NCBI GenBank assembly: GCA_963702475.1
Contig: CAVPCT010000003.1
Location: 992,001-1,056,000, forward strand
Source of the DNA: an uncultured Thermoleophilia bacterium
Lineage (GTDB): Bacteria > Actinomycetota > Thermoleophilia > UBA2241
Reading direction: 5' to 3'
DNA length: 64,000 nt
Position 1 is the first letter of the stretch, and every line of letters starts with the position of its first letter. Position numbers and translations under genes: made by a program. Below are positions 1 through 9,864 of this stretch, in pieces. The notes beneath the pieces were generated by a model. That model did no database searches and was not told where the DNA came from. It was given only the letters and a program-made list of their open reading frames with translations.

Positions 1-995
1 GCACGACCATGACGTGCGCGTTCAACCTCGCGTCGCCGACTGTCACGCAGGCCGGAAAGTACGACGTCGTGATCACGTACGCGGGTAACAAGACGGTGAC
101 CAAGGCGCAGACCTTCGATGTCACGAACGCGGTGCCGGTCGTCACGGCCATCAACCCCGCCACGACGTGGGCGGGTTCGGTGAAGCCGACCACTCTCGCG
201 GTGACGGGATCCGGGTTCGTGCCGGTGCCGTCCCTGCTGGGTGCCGTGGGGTCCAAGGTACAGATCGGGGCGCGCCTGACGTCGGACACGACGTTCCTCT
301 CGACGTCGCAGTTGACCGTCCCGTTGCTCACGGCGGACGTCCCTGTGGCCGGCACGGTACCCATCGCTGTGGTCAATCCGGCTCCTGGCGGTGGAACGTC
401 CGCGACTGTCCCGCTCGTGGTGATGGCGGAGACCACCACGCCGATCACGACGATCTCCGGTGCGGACACCAGGTGGCACAGAAGTCCCGTCACCCTCACC
501 GTCACTGCCACCGACGCGCAGTCGGGCGTGCAGACGACGCAGTGGGCTCTCAACGGAGGCGCTCCCCAGACCCTGGTCGGGTCGACCATCACCATCGGCA
601 CCGTGGCCCAGGGTGCTCAGACCGTGACGGTGTGGTCCACCGACTGGTGCAACCGCGTGGAGCAGCCGGCCGTGTCCGCGGTCGTCAAGATCGACTCCAT
701 CGGGCCGGTCACGTACGTCTCGGCTCCGTCGTCTGCGACCAGGGGCGCGAGGATCGCGTTCAAGTACCGTGCCGACGACGTCTCGCCGAAGTGCTCGATC
801 GTGCTGAAGATCAAGAAGTCCGGCGGCTCGGTGGCACGTGCCTACGAGCTGGGAAAGAAGCCATCCAAGAAGACGTACACCTACGCCGTGAACCCGAACC
901 TGGCCAAGGGCACCTACAAGGTGTACTGCTATGCCAAGGACGAGGCCGGCAACACCCAGAGCGAGCTGGACAGCCAGGCGTTCAAGATCAAGTAG
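1..995 (+). CDS. IPT/TIG and Ig-like domain surface protein (5'-truncated by window edge)
   Basis: Thr/Val-rich beta-sandwich repeats (PVVTAINP...VTGSGF...VVNPAPGGGTS), 'ATDAQSGVQTT' Ig-like module, Lys-rich C-terminal domain ending ...AKDEAGN...FKIK. Confidence 0.7.
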   Translation, partial: TTMTCAFNLASPTVTQAGKYDVVITYAGNKTVTKAQTFDVTNAVPVVTAINPATTWAGSVKPTTLAVTGSGFVPVPSLLGAVGSKVQIGARLTSDTTFLSTSQLTVPLLTADVPVAGTVPIAVVNPAPGGGTSATVPLVVMAETTTPITTISGADTRWHRSPVTLTVTATDAQSGVQTTQWALNGGAPQTLVGSTITIGTVAQGAQTVTVWSTDWCNRVEQPAVSAVVKIDSIGPVTYVSAPSSATRGARIAFKYRADDVSPKCSIVLKIKKSGGSVARAYELGKKPSKKTYTYAVNPNLAKGTYKVYCYAKDEAGNTQSELDSQAFKIK

Positions 996-1020
996 CTGGG
1001 TCCGACTGCCGATGAACCGG

Positions 1021-1089
1021 GTGTGGGGCGGGGCGCCCGTGAGGCTCCCCGCCCCACACGGGCGCGGAGCCCGTGAGGCGCCCCGCCCC
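1021..1089. terminator. Tandem GC-rich hairpins with GTGA loops (probable U-less terminator)
   Basis: gtgtggggcgggg...ccccgccccacac (1021-1059) followed by a near copy (1060-1089), just after the stop of the first ORF. Confidence 0.6.
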
Positions 1090-1181
1090 GCGCAACCGCG
1101 TCGAGCGGCCTCCCGAACTGCCGGGGGGGCGTCTGCGTCACGTAGTACAATCAAGTCGGTAGGCGGCCGTACGGGGGGCAC

Positions 1182-2456
1182 GTGAAGCTGGCAAGCAAGG
1201 TGATCGGTCCGCTGGTGACCGCTGGCGTCGCCCTGACCGCCGTCCTCGCGCTCGGCTTCATGCTCTCGGTGCCCCCCGCTCTCGCGGCCGAGGGCGTCTT
1301 CACCCCGGGCCTCGTCGCCGAGATGTCGGGACCGGCTCCAGAGGTCACCGGTCTCAGCCCGTCTGAGGCCATGTTGGGCGACCTCGACTTCACCATCACG
1401 GTCATCGGCTCCGGCTTCGTGCTTGGGTCCAGGGTGCTCTGGAACGGGCAGCCAAGGGACTCGGGCTTCGTCTCGTCGGCGATGCTCACGGCCACCGTGC
1501 GCGCAGCGGACGTCGCCTCACCGGGTGTGGCCTACGTCAGTGTCGCGAATCCGGTGTCGCAGGGCGGGCAGTCGCCCACGGCGCGCGTCTTCAGCGTCCT
1601 CAACCCGCTCCCGGCGGTCGAGATGCTGGAGCCGGCGGCGGCGTGGGCCGGCGGCGAAGGCTTCACCCTCGAGGTCCTGGGGTCCGGCTTCACTCCGACC
1701 TCCGTGATCCAGCTCGCCGGCGTCGACACGACCACCGATTATGTGTCCACGCAGGTCCTCGTCGCGCAGGTGTCAAGGGACGTCGTCGCCCACGCCGGTG
1801 GCCTCAGCGTGCGTGTGTTCACGCCCTCTCCAGGGGGCGGTCTGAGCCCGCCCTTGTTCCTCCGGGTCGCGGACGACGACCGGCCGCCGGTCACCGCCGT
1901 CACCGGCTTTCTGGGTCTGTGGAACAGGACGGCGGTCACGCTTTCACTCGTGGCCACCGACGTGGGCCTTGGGGTGGAGAAGACGTTCTACCGCCTCGGT
2001 AGGACCGGGCGTTACAGGACTGGGACGACCGTGAAGATCCCTGCCCCCGCAGACCATTCCAACGACGGCCTGTACGTGGTCCAGTTCTTCTCCATCGACC
2101 GCGTGCTCAACTGGGAGCAGCCGCCCAAGGAGCTCCAGGTCGGCATCGACACCACGCCGCCCGTCACTTCGGTCCTCTCGTCGACGGTGCGGTCGGGCCA
2201 GTCGCTGGCGCCGAAGTACTACATCTACGACAAGCTGAGCGTGCGGGCCAAGGACGCTACGCTCCAGTTCGTGGACGCCAAGGGCAAGGTGGTACTGCGT
2301 GCCGCGCTGGGCAAGCCCTCTACGCGCGCCTGGCACGTGGGTTCGGGCGTCACGGTCGACCTGCCCAAGGGCAGCTACAAGATGCGCGTGCTGGCCCACG
2401 ACCTTGCCGGCAACGCCCAGTCCAGCACCAAATCGGGCGCGCTCACCGTCAAGTAG
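1182..2456 (+). CDS. Secreted IPT/TIG-domain protein with C-terminal Ig-like domain
   Basis: Signal peptide (MKLASK...ALA), two IPT/TIG repeats (ITVIGSGF; LEVLGSGF), C-terminal DTTPP...LPKGSY...AHDLAGN domain; TACAAT -10-like box upstream. Confidence 0.75.
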   Translation: MKLASKVIGPLVTAGVALTAVLALGFMLSVPPALAAEGVFTPGLVAEMSGPAPEVTGLSPSEAMLGDLDFTITVIGSGFVLGSRVLWNGQPRDSGFVSSAMLTATVRAADVASPGVAYVSVANPVSQGGQSPTARVFSVLNPLPAVEMLEPAAAWAGGEGFTLEVLGSGFTPTSVIQLAGVDTTTDYVSTQVLVAQVSRDVVAHAGGLSVRVFTPSPGGGLSPPLFLRVADDDRPPVTAVTGFLGLWNRTAVTLSLVATDVGLGVEKTFYRLGRTGRYRTGTTVKIPAPADHSNDGLYVVQFFSIDRVLNWEQPPKELQVGIDTTPPVTSVLSSTVRSGQSLAPKYYIYDKLSVRAKDATLQFVDAKGKVVLRAALGKPSTRAWHVGSGVTVDLPKGSYKMRVLAHDLAGNAQSSTKSGALTVK

Positions 2457-2543
2457 GCGGCGGGAGGCATCACGGAGCCGATGCGGCGGCTGGGCGACTA
2501 CGTCCGCAACCGCCGTCGCTGACGGCGGGTTGGCCCCACTGCC

Positions 2544-3722
2544 TCACCGCGCGGCGCGAGCAGCCCGAGCAGTGGCGTGGTACACCGAGGCGACGCCGTC
2601 CGCCATGCGCTCTAGCGTGAACTCGCGCTCGACGCGGGCGCGCCCGGCCCGGCCCATGGCTCGGCCGGCCGCCGGGTCGGCGAGCACCCGGATGAGGGCC
2701 GCAGAGAGCGCCACGGGGTCGGCGGGGGGCACCAGCAGACCGGTCTCACCGTCGACAACGGCCTCCGGCACCCCGTCGACGGCGGTGGAGACCACAGGCA
2801 GCCCGTGCTCCATGGCCTCGAGCACCACGTAGGGCAGGCCCTCCCATCGCGAGCTGAGGGCGAACACGTCGGCGTCGGTGTAGGCGTCGTCCAGCGGGAT
2901 CCGGGGCGCGACGAAGCGGACGCTGGAGTCCAGACCCGCGGCCCGGGCATGCTCGCGCAGCCGTGCCTCGAGCGAGCCGGAACCGATGAGAGCAAGCACG
3001 GCATCCGGTCTGGCCGCGGCTACGAGCTGCCAGGCCTCGAGGAGCGTGGCCTGGTCTTTCTGCTCGTGGAAGCGACCCACGGAGAGCACCAGGGGGGTGT
3101 CGCCTGGCAGCGCGAGCTCGGCGCGGAAGCGCCCCTTGCGGACCGCCGCCTCGCCGGCGGCGATGCCGTTGTGGACGATGACCGTCCGCGACGCCGCCAG
3201 GATGCCGAGCCGCGCGCCCCGAAGGGCGTCCGCGCGGCACACCGTGACGAACCGGGCCGTCCGGGGCCTCAGCGTGCGCTCCACGGCGAGCAGGGCCGTC
3301 CTGCGCGCTGCCGTGCCCGCACGGTCGACGTGGACGCCGTGCACGTGGTACACCACGCGACGGCGCGCCTGCGCGTCCGCGAGGCGGGCGAACGCGGCGG
3401 CGCGAGAGCCGTGCGCGTGCACGACGTCCCACGGGGCCGCGCCGAGGGCCGCGCGCAGCGCGCGCACCTGCGCGGCCGAGACGCCGGCGGCGATGGGCGC
3501 CTCGAAGACCGGCACCCCCAGCGCCCGGGCGCGCTCGCCGAGGTCCCCGCCGGCGGGGCAGGCCAGCGCGAGCTCGAAGCCGCGCTCCGGCAGCGCGTCG
3601 AGGAGGTCGGCGACGTGCTTCTCACCGCCGCCGGTCGTTCCGGCAGCGGCGGCGAGAAGCAGCACGCGGAGGGGCCACTCGGTGCCGCTCGCTGCCCTGG
3701 GCCGAGGGGCCGAGTGGTTCAC
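2544..3722 (-). CDS. Glycosyltransferase family 4 (GT-B)
   Basis: GGGE, HAHG, VGRFHEQKD and SSRWEGLPYVVLEAM motifs; GTG start at 3722 overlaps the GT2 stop (GTGA). Confidence 0.9.
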   Translation of the reverse strand: MNHSAPRPRAASGTEWPLRVLLLAAAAGTTGGGEKHVADLLDALPERGFELALACPAGGDLGERARALGVPVFEAPIAAGVSAAQVRALRAALGAAPWDVVHAHGSRAAAFARLADAQARRRVVYHVHGVHVDRAGTAARRTALLAVERTLRPRTARFVTVCRADALRGARLGILAASRTVIVHNGIAAGEAAVRKGRFRAELALPGDTPLVLSVGRFHEQKDQATLLEAWQLVAAARPDAVLALIGSGSLEARLREHARAAGLDSSVRFVAPRIPLDDAYTDADVFALSSRWEGLPYVVLEAMEHGLPVVSTAVDGVPEAVVDGETGLLVPPADPVALSAALIRVLADPAAGRAMGRAGRARVEREFTLERMADGVASVYHATARAARAAR

Positions 3723-4564
3723 CTCGGCCAGACCTTGGCGACGAGCACGCCGAGCGGCCATGCCACCGGCACCATGGCGAGGTACGCCGCAGCGTACGCC
3801 CGGCCACGTTGGCGGCGCAGCAGCTGTGCCATGCTCACCACGCCGGCCACCCGCATGCGCGTGCGCGTCCGCCGGGAGGTGGCCGCGCCGCGGTGCCGGA
3901 CCTCGGCGTCGCTCACGTAGCGCACGCGCCATCCACCCGCGCGCAGGCGGTGGCACAGCTCGATGTCCTCCCCGTACATGAAGAAGTCATCGCGGAACAG
4001 GCGGCCGTCCAGCGCGGAGCGCCGAAGCAGGACGCACGCTCCCGACAGGACGTCGACGTCCCGCGAGGAGCGGTGGTCCCAGTCGTTGATGAGGTACCTG
4101 CCCAGCGGGCTCCGCGGCAGCTGCACGTTGAGGTGGCTGATGTTGCCGAACTCGCCGAGGATGCTGGGGTCGCGACGCCCGCCCTCGTACTGCACGCGAC
4201 CGTCCCAGCCGACGAGCACGGGACCCGCCGCCCCGACCTGAGGATCACGCTCCAGCTCCGCCACGAGAGCCCCCAGCGCACCGGGGGAGAGCTCGGCGTC
4301 CGAGTTGAGCAGCAGCACGGCGTCCGCTTCGGTCAGGGGGAAGGCGGCGTTGTTGGCGCGGGCGAACCCCACGTTCCTGCCCATGCGCAACAGACCGGCC
4401 CAGGGGAGCTCCGCTGCGACCATCTCAGGGCTGCCGTCCGAGGAGGCGTTGTCCACGACGACGGTCAGCCGCACGGGGTACGCGGAGGCCTGAAGCGAGC
4501 GCAGGCACGCGCGGAGCAGATCCCTGGTGTCCAGGTTCACCACGATGGCGTCGACCGTCAGCAC
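3719..4564 (-). CDS. Glycosyltransferase family 2 (WbbL/rhamnosyltransferase-like)
   Basis: VVDNASSDGS, NVGFARANN, LLNSD, FFMYGEDIELC motifs; AAGGAGG RBS before GTG at 4564. Confidence 0.9.
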   Translation of the reverse strand: MLTVDAIVVNLDTRDLLRACLRSLQASAYPVRLTVVVDNASSDGSPEMVAAELPWAGLLRMGRNVGFARANNAAFPLTEADAVLLLNSDAELSPGALGALVAELERDPQVGAAGPVLVGWDGRVQYEGGRRDPSILGEFGNISHLNVQLPRSPLGRYLINDWDHRSSRDVDVLSGACVLLRRSALDGRLFRDDFFMYGEDIELCHRLRAGGWRVRYVSDAEVRHRGAATSRRTRTRMRVAGVVSMAQLLRRQRGRAYAAAYLAMVPVAWPLGVLVAKVWPR

Positions 4565-4725
4565 AGCCCTCCTTCGGAGCAGTCGCCGGACGCGCCCAAT
4601 CCTCTCACGTTCCGGAGACGGGGGTGGGCGGACGGCAGCGCCGCGAGAACGGCGGTCGGTGCGGGACGCTGGCACGGGGTGTCCTCCACCGCCCAAGCCC
4701 CGGGGCGGCGGCGCCCGCTCTCGCG

Positions 4726-4731
4726 TAGAAT
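4726..4731 (+). promoter_or_regulatory. -10 box TAGAAT, probable leaderless promoter
   Basis: TAGAAT 6 nt upstream of ATG at 4738, no SD sequence. Confidence 0.45.
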
Positions 4732-4737
4732 CGCGGC

Positions 4738-6032
4738 ATGGCGAACAGGGGCCAGCGGGGTGCGCACAGCGGCGGGACGGCGCCGAGGCGGCCGGCGGCG
4801 TCCGGTGCGGACGCCTCGCGCCGGCCTCGCGTCACCATGGTCAACAAGTACTACTGCCCGCCGCACATCGGTGGCGTTGAGGCCGTGGTGCGTTGGCTGG
4901 CCGAGGGGCTCGTCGAGCACGCCGGGGCTCACGTGAGGGCTCTCGTGTGCAACGAGGGCCCGCAGCGCGTGGAGGAGGACGTCGACGGCGTCCACGTCGT
5001 GCGGCTGCCTCGCAGACTCGCCGTGTCGTCGGCGCCGGTGGCGCCGGCCCTGCCCGGCGCGCTGCGCTCCGAGGCGAAGGGTCCCGCGGCGCCCGACGTG
5101 CTCAACTTCCACGCTCCGTACCCCTGGGGCGAGCTCTCCTTCTTGCTGGCGCGCCCCGTCGTCCCCAGTGTGGTGCTGTATCACAGCGACATCGTGCGCC
5201 AGCAGCGGCTGCTGGCGGCGTACCGTCCCTTTCTCGAGCGGTTTCTGGATAGAGTCGACCTCATCGTGACTTCGTCGCGCGACATGGTGCAGAGCTCGCC
5301 GTTCCTGGCGTCGCGCGCGGCGAGGTGCCGTGTGGTGCCCTTCGGCCTGCCCGAGCGCAAGCTGCGGGCGGCGCCCGCCGTCCTGGAAAGCGCAGCGGAG
5401 TTGCGCGCCGCCCACGGCGGGCGCCGCCTCGTGCTCTTCGTCGGGCGGCTCGTCTACTACAAGGGCGCCGCCGTGCTCGTGCGCGCCATGAGCGGCCTGG
5501 ACGCGGAGCTCGTCCTGGTCGGCAGGGGACCGCTGGAAGAAGAGCTGCGCCGGGAGGCTGCGACGGCTGGCACCCGCGCTACGTTCTTGCCGCCGCTGGA
5601 CGATGACGAGCTGGCGGCCTGGTACCACGCGGCGGACGTGTTGTGCCTGCCCAGCGTGGCCCGCAGCGAGGCTTTCGGCCTGGTACAGATCGAGGCCCAC
5701 GCTGCCGGCACGCCGGTCGTCTCCACGGCGCTGCCCACCGGCGTCCGCTTCGCCAACCTGGACGGCGTCACAGGGCTCGTCGTGCCGCCGGGCGAGACCG
5801 CGGCGCTTCGCGCCGCGCTGGCCCGTCTGCTGGGCGACGAGGAGTTGCGCCTGCGGCTCGGAGGCCAGGCTCGCGAGCGTGCCCTGCGGGAGTTCACCGT
5901 GCCGCGCATGGTGGCCGGCACGGTGGAGGTGTACAAGGAGGCGGCCGCCGTCCACGCTGAGCGACTCACGGCCGTCCGCGAGCGCTCATGGCGCGCTGCC
6001 TCCGGGGCCGAGAGGGGGGAGAGACGAGCTGA
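4738..6032 (+). CDS. Glycosyltransferase family 4 (stop probably lost through a homopolymer indel)
   Basis: FVGRLVYYKG and LPSVARSEAFGLVQIEA motifs. The ORF runs on to 6627, but one extra G in the G6 run at 6014-6019 would put TGA(6030) in frame and give a TGATG couple with the next gene. Confidence 0.85.
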
Positions 6033-7552
6033 TGTCCCGCCGCGGCTTCATCGCGCTGTCCATCGTCGTCGATGCGCTCCTGGTCAACGCCGGCTTCGTG
6101 CTGGCCTTCCTGCTGCGTTTCGAGGGCACCCTCCCGGACTTCAACTTCCGTGCCTACGTACTGCTGGCCCCACTGCTCACACTCCTCTATCTCGCCGGCG
6201 CCTGGTCCTATGGCCTGTACGACCCCGAGCGCGCCGACACCGTCTGGGCGGTGATCCGCGGTGCGGTGGCGGCGGTCACGATGGGTACCCTGCTCACCGC
6301 CGCCGTCGCCTTCTTCGGCGGCGCCAGGACCGCCTCGTTCGCGCGATCGACGATCCTCATCGCCTGGGTGTTCGATCTGGCGCTGCTCATCGGCTGGCGC
6401 CTGGTCTTCCTGCGTCTCGCCCGCATCAGCTGGCCCGAGCAGCGCGTGCTCATCGTGGGCACGGGGCAGGCCGCCGTGGACCTGGCGCGCGAGGTGGCGG
6501 CCCGGGGGCGCTGGGGCTGGAAGGTCACCGGGCTCATCGAAGCCGACGCGGAGCCGGCGGGCAGGCCGGTCGCGACAGAGTCGCCGGGAGTGCCACCATC
6601 GCCCGCCGGAACCCCGTGCGGCAGTGACGTCGCGCCCTTCTTGGGCGCCGTCTCCGCCCCGGCCGCCGTCACCCCCGCCGGGAAGCCACTCGCCGCGACG
6701 GGGGACGCGGCCCTGCCGGCCGTCGTGGCCGGCTTCCCCGTGCTCGGCGCCGCGGACGACGTGGCGCGCATCGCCGCCGAGCAGCGCGCCAACCGCGTCA
6801 TCGTCGTGAGCCCCATCGCCCTGCGTGAGCTGGTGGAGTCCCTGGTCCTCGCCAACGAGGCCGCCGTGCGGGTGGACGTGGTGCCGGAGCTGTATGAGAT
6901 CTTCATCGGCACGGTGGACGCCATCGTGGGCGACGTGCCGCTGATGGAGATCACGCACGCCACGGTGCCCACGTACTACGCCGCCGCCAAGCGCCTGCTC
7001 GACGTCGCCGCGGCCGCCGTCCTGCTGGTCGTGCTCAGCCCGGTGCTCCTGGCCGCGGCCGTCGCCGTGGCCGCGGCCGACGGGTCCCCGGTGTTCTTCT
7101 CGCAGGAACGCGTCGGCCGCAACATGCGCCTGTTCCGCATCCACAAGCTGCGCACCATGATCAAGGACGCCGAGAAGGCGTGCGGTCCCGTGCTGGCGGA
7201 GCCCGGCGACGAACGCATCACGCGCGTGGGTCGCTTTCTCCGCAGGTACCGCCTCGACGAGATCCCCCAGTTGGTCAACATCCTCAGGGGGGAGATGAGC
7301 CTCGTGGGTCCGCGCCCCGAGCGTCCCTTCTTCGTGGAGCAGTTGATCGCACAGACGCCGGGGTACCGCGAGCGCTTCTCGATCCGGCCTGGGATGACCG
7401 GGCTCGCGCAGGTGAGTGGAGGGTACGCCACCACTCCCGAGCGCAAGCTCAAGTACGACCTCATCTACATGTATCATCAAACGCTGGCGATGGACGCGCA
7501 GATCCTGGCCGAGACCCTGCGAGTGGTGCTCACCGGGCGCGGAGCCCGGTGA
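6032..7552 (+). CDS. Polyprenyl glycosylphosphotransferase (WcaJ/WbaP-like priming sugar transferase)
   Basis: 4 N-terminal TM helices, VLIVGTG Rossmann-like domain, KRLLD, KLRTM, RLDEIPQL, MSLVGPRPE, RPGMTGLAQV. Confidence 0.93.
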   Translation: MSRRGFIALSIVVDALLVNAGFVLAFLLRFEGTLPDFNFRAYVLLAPLLTLLYLAGAWSYGLYDPERADTVWAVIRGAVAAVTMGTLLTAAVAFFGGARTASFARSTILIAWVFDLALLIGWRLVFLRLARISWPEQRVLIVGTGQAAVDLAREVAARGRWGWKVTGLIEADAEPAGRPVATESPGVPPSPAGTPCGSDVAPFLGAVSAPAAVTPAGKPLAATGDAALPAVVAGFPVLGAADDVARIAAEQRANRVIVVSPIALRELVESLVLANEAAVRVDVVPELYEIFIGTVDAIVGDVPLMEITHATVPTYYAAAKRLLDVAAAAVLLVVLSPVLLAAAVAVAAADGSPVFFSQERVGRNMRLFRIHKLRTMIKDAEKACGPVLAEPGDERITRVGRFLRRYRLDEIPQLVNILRGEMSLVGPRPERPFFVEQLIAQTPGYRERFSIRPGMTGLAQVSGGYATTPERKLKYDLIYMYHQTLAMDAQILAETLRVVLTGRGAR

Positions 7553-7564
7553 CGAGAGGACGGC

Positions 7565-9793
7565 GTGGCGAAGTCCAAGAGGAAGAGGCGGGCGGGCGGC
7601 GGTCAGGCCACCGGCGCGTCCGCGCGCCGGCCCGAGCGCCGGCCCGAGCGCCGGCCCGAGCCCGCCGCCTCAGCAGCCTCCCCGTCCGCCGGTCCTGCGC
7701 CCGCAGCCGCCGGCGCCGCCATCGACGAGCTCACCGGCGCCAGCCGCGTCGCCTGGTGGGCGCTGCTCGCCATGGTGTTCCTCGTGCCGGTCGCGATGAG
7801 CAACCTGAGCTTCCTGGGCATCAGCATGCCGCTCACCTGGGACGCTTTCGACATCGTCAAGATGTCGCTCGGTCGCATGCTCTCGCTCCTCGCCCTCGCC
7901 CTGTGGGCCTGGGACATGCTGCGCAGGGGCGGCAAGCTCCGGCACACCCCGGTCGACTGGCTGATCCTCATCTTCCTGGCGTGGGTGGCGCTGTCCACTG
8001 TCACCTCCGTCCACGTGCCCACCGCCGTCTTCGGCAAGCCGAGGCGCTACGAGGGCCTACTCTCCTTCCTCGACTACGCCCTCGTCTACTTCCTCGTGCT
8101 GCAGTTCGTGGACAGCACCGCTCGTCTGTGCCGCCTCGCCCAGGTGCTGTTCTGGTCCAGCATCGTCGTCGCCGCCTACGGCATCCTCCAGTACTCCGGC
8201 AACGACCCGGCCGCCTGGGGCACCCTGCCGTTCGAGACAAACCGCGCCTTCTCCACGTACGGCAACCCCGACCTGCTCGGCGCGGTGCTCATCTTCACCG
8301 TGACGGTGGCCCTCGGCCTGGCCCTGTTCGAACGGCGCCGCTGGTGGCGGCTGGCGTACTGGGTCGGCTTCGGCCTCAACGGCCTGGCGCTCATCGTGAC
8401 CTTCACGCGCGGCGCCTGGATCGGCGGAGCCGTTGCCCTGCTCGTGCTCGGCCTCGTGGCCTGGCGCCAGCGCGCTCACCTGGCGCGTGTCGACCTCGTG
8501 CCGCTGGTCGCGTTCGTGGCAGCCGGTGTGGTGATCGTCGTGCGCAGCCTCTCCAGCACCAACGAGGTCATGAACTTCGGCAAGCGCCTCGCCTCCATCT
8601 TCCAGTTCAGCGACGGCAGCGGCCGGACGCGCACCGAGATCTGGCAGGCGGCCTTCGCCGCCATCCGGGAGCGGCCCATCCTGGGCTGGGGCGCGGACAC
8701 GTTCCGCCTCGTCTTTCCTAAGTTCAAGCCGATCGAGTACGTGCGGGACGCCGGCGGCCTCTCCGTGGCGGACAATGCCCACGACTACCCGCTGCAGCTC
8801 GCCACCGGCGTCGGCGTGCCGGGTATGCTCCTCTTCTACGGCGTCGTGGTGTGGGCCGGCGTGCGCTCGTTCGGTACGGTCTTCAGGCGCTCGGGCGACG
8901 CCGGCCGTCTGCTCATCGGCGCCTTCTGGGCGGCAGCCCTGGGGTACCTCGTGCAGCTGTTCTTCGGCGTCTCGGTCACGGGCGTCACCTTCCTGCTGTG
9001 GATCGCGCTCGCCGTCGCCCTGGCGCCCACCGGGCGTCTCATCGAAGTGAGCGCCCCGCGCTGGGGCAAGGTGGCGGCCGTGGCGGCTGCGGCGGCCTGC
9101 TTCGCCGGCATCGCCTACTCCGGCGTGGTGCTGGCCGCCGACAACGCCTACATGGCGGCCCAGTCCGCCACCGATGCCCAGGTGCGCATCGACAAGGTGA
9201 AGCAGGCCATCCGGCTCTTCCCCTCCAGCCAGACCTATCGCTGGGGCCTCGGAGTCGCCTACGCGGACCTGATGAACCTGTACCTGCAGGCCGGGGCAGA
9301 GGCGCAGCAAGCCGGGGAGGACACCGCCCCCTACGCGGAGGCGGTGCAGGGCGCCTTCCGGGATGCCGTCGCCGCGTTCGAGGACGCCATCGCCTTCGTG
9401 CCTCAGGAGTACGACAACTACGTCTCGCTCGCCGATGTCTACAACACGGCGGGCGAGACCCTCGACGAGGGTTACTTCGACGACGCCGTCAGGGTCGCGG
9501 AGCGGGGGCTCGAGGTGGAGCCGCACGGCACGGCGGCAAGGCAGCAGCTGGCGCGCGCCCTCATCGGGCAGGGCAAGACCGCCGAGGCCGAGGAAGTGCT
9601 GCGCTACACGGTGAGGATAGACCCCCTGGGCGGGCAGGGCGCGCTCATGCTGGCCAGTGTGCTCAACCAGCAGGGCAAGACCGAGGAGGCCCTGGCCGTG
9701 GTGGAGCAGGTGGACCTCGTGGCCCCCGGCCAGGCGGGCGTGGCGGAGGCCATCGCCGCGCTCAAGGGCGACCTCGAGGAGCAGAAGCAGTAG
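7565..9793 (+). CDS. O-antigen ligase (Wzy_C) family membrane protein with C-terminal TPR repeats
   Basis: STYGNPD, TFTRGAW, RTEIW...RPILGWGADTF, NAHD motif, about 12 TM helices, TPR-like tail. Confidence 0.85.
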   Translation: MAKSKRKRRAGGGQATGASARRPERRPERRPEPAASAASPSAGPAPAAAGAAIDELTGASRVAWWALLAMVFLVPVAMSNLSFLGISMPLTWDAFDIVKMSLGRMLSLLALALWAWDMLRRGGKLRHTPVDWLILIFLAWVALSTVTSVHVPTAVFGKPRRYEGLLSFLDYALVYFLVLQFVDSTARLCRLAQVLFWSSIVVAAYGILQYSGNDPAAWGTLPFETNRAFSTYGNPDLLGAVLIFTVTVALGLALFERRRWWRLAYWVGFGLNGLALIVTFTRGAWIGGAVALLVLGLVAWRQRAHLARVDLVPLVAFVAAGVVIVVRSLSSTNEVMNFGKRLASIFQFSDGSGRTRTEIWQAAFAAIRERPILGWGADTFRLVFPKFKPIEYVRDAGGLSVADNAHDYPLQLATGVGVPGMLLFYGVVVWAGVRSFGTVFRRSGDAGRLLIGAFWAAALGYLVQLFFGVSVTGVTFLLWIALAVALAPTGRLIEVSAPRWGKVAAVAAAAACFAGIAYSGVVLAADNAYMAAQSATDAQVRIDKVKQAIRLFPSSQTYRWGLGVAYADLMNLYLQAGAEAQQAGEDTAPYAEAVQGAFRDAVAAFEDAIAFVPQEYDNYVSLADVYNTAGETLDEGYFDDAVRVAERGLEVEPHGTAARQQLARALIGQGKTAEAEEVLRYTVRIDPLGGQGALMLASVLNQQGKTEEALAVVEQVDLVAPGQAGVAEAIAALKGDLEEQKQ
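7624..7660 (+). repeat. 12-bp tandem repeat x3 (encodes RRPE)
   Basis: cgccggcccgag repeated three times in the N-terminal tail of the ligase. Confidence 0.7.
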
Positions 9794-9797
9794 CCGT

Positions 9798-9842
9798 ACG
9801 CGCGAAGGGCCGGTCGCCGCAGGCGACCGGCCCTTCGCGCGT
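9798..9842. terminator. Bidirectional hairpin terminator
   Basis: Perfect 21-bp inverted repeat acgcgcgaagggccggtcgcc-gca-ggcgaccggcccttcgcgcgt between convergent genes. Confidence 0.8.
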
Positions 9843-9864
9843 CGTCGTCGGCTCGGTGCCGAGG

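Noticed and set aside
4738-6627. Apparent 629-aa GT4 overlapping the sugar transferase by about 600 bp
   Set aside because: Best explained by a one-base deletion in a G run that hides a TGATG junction at 6030-6034
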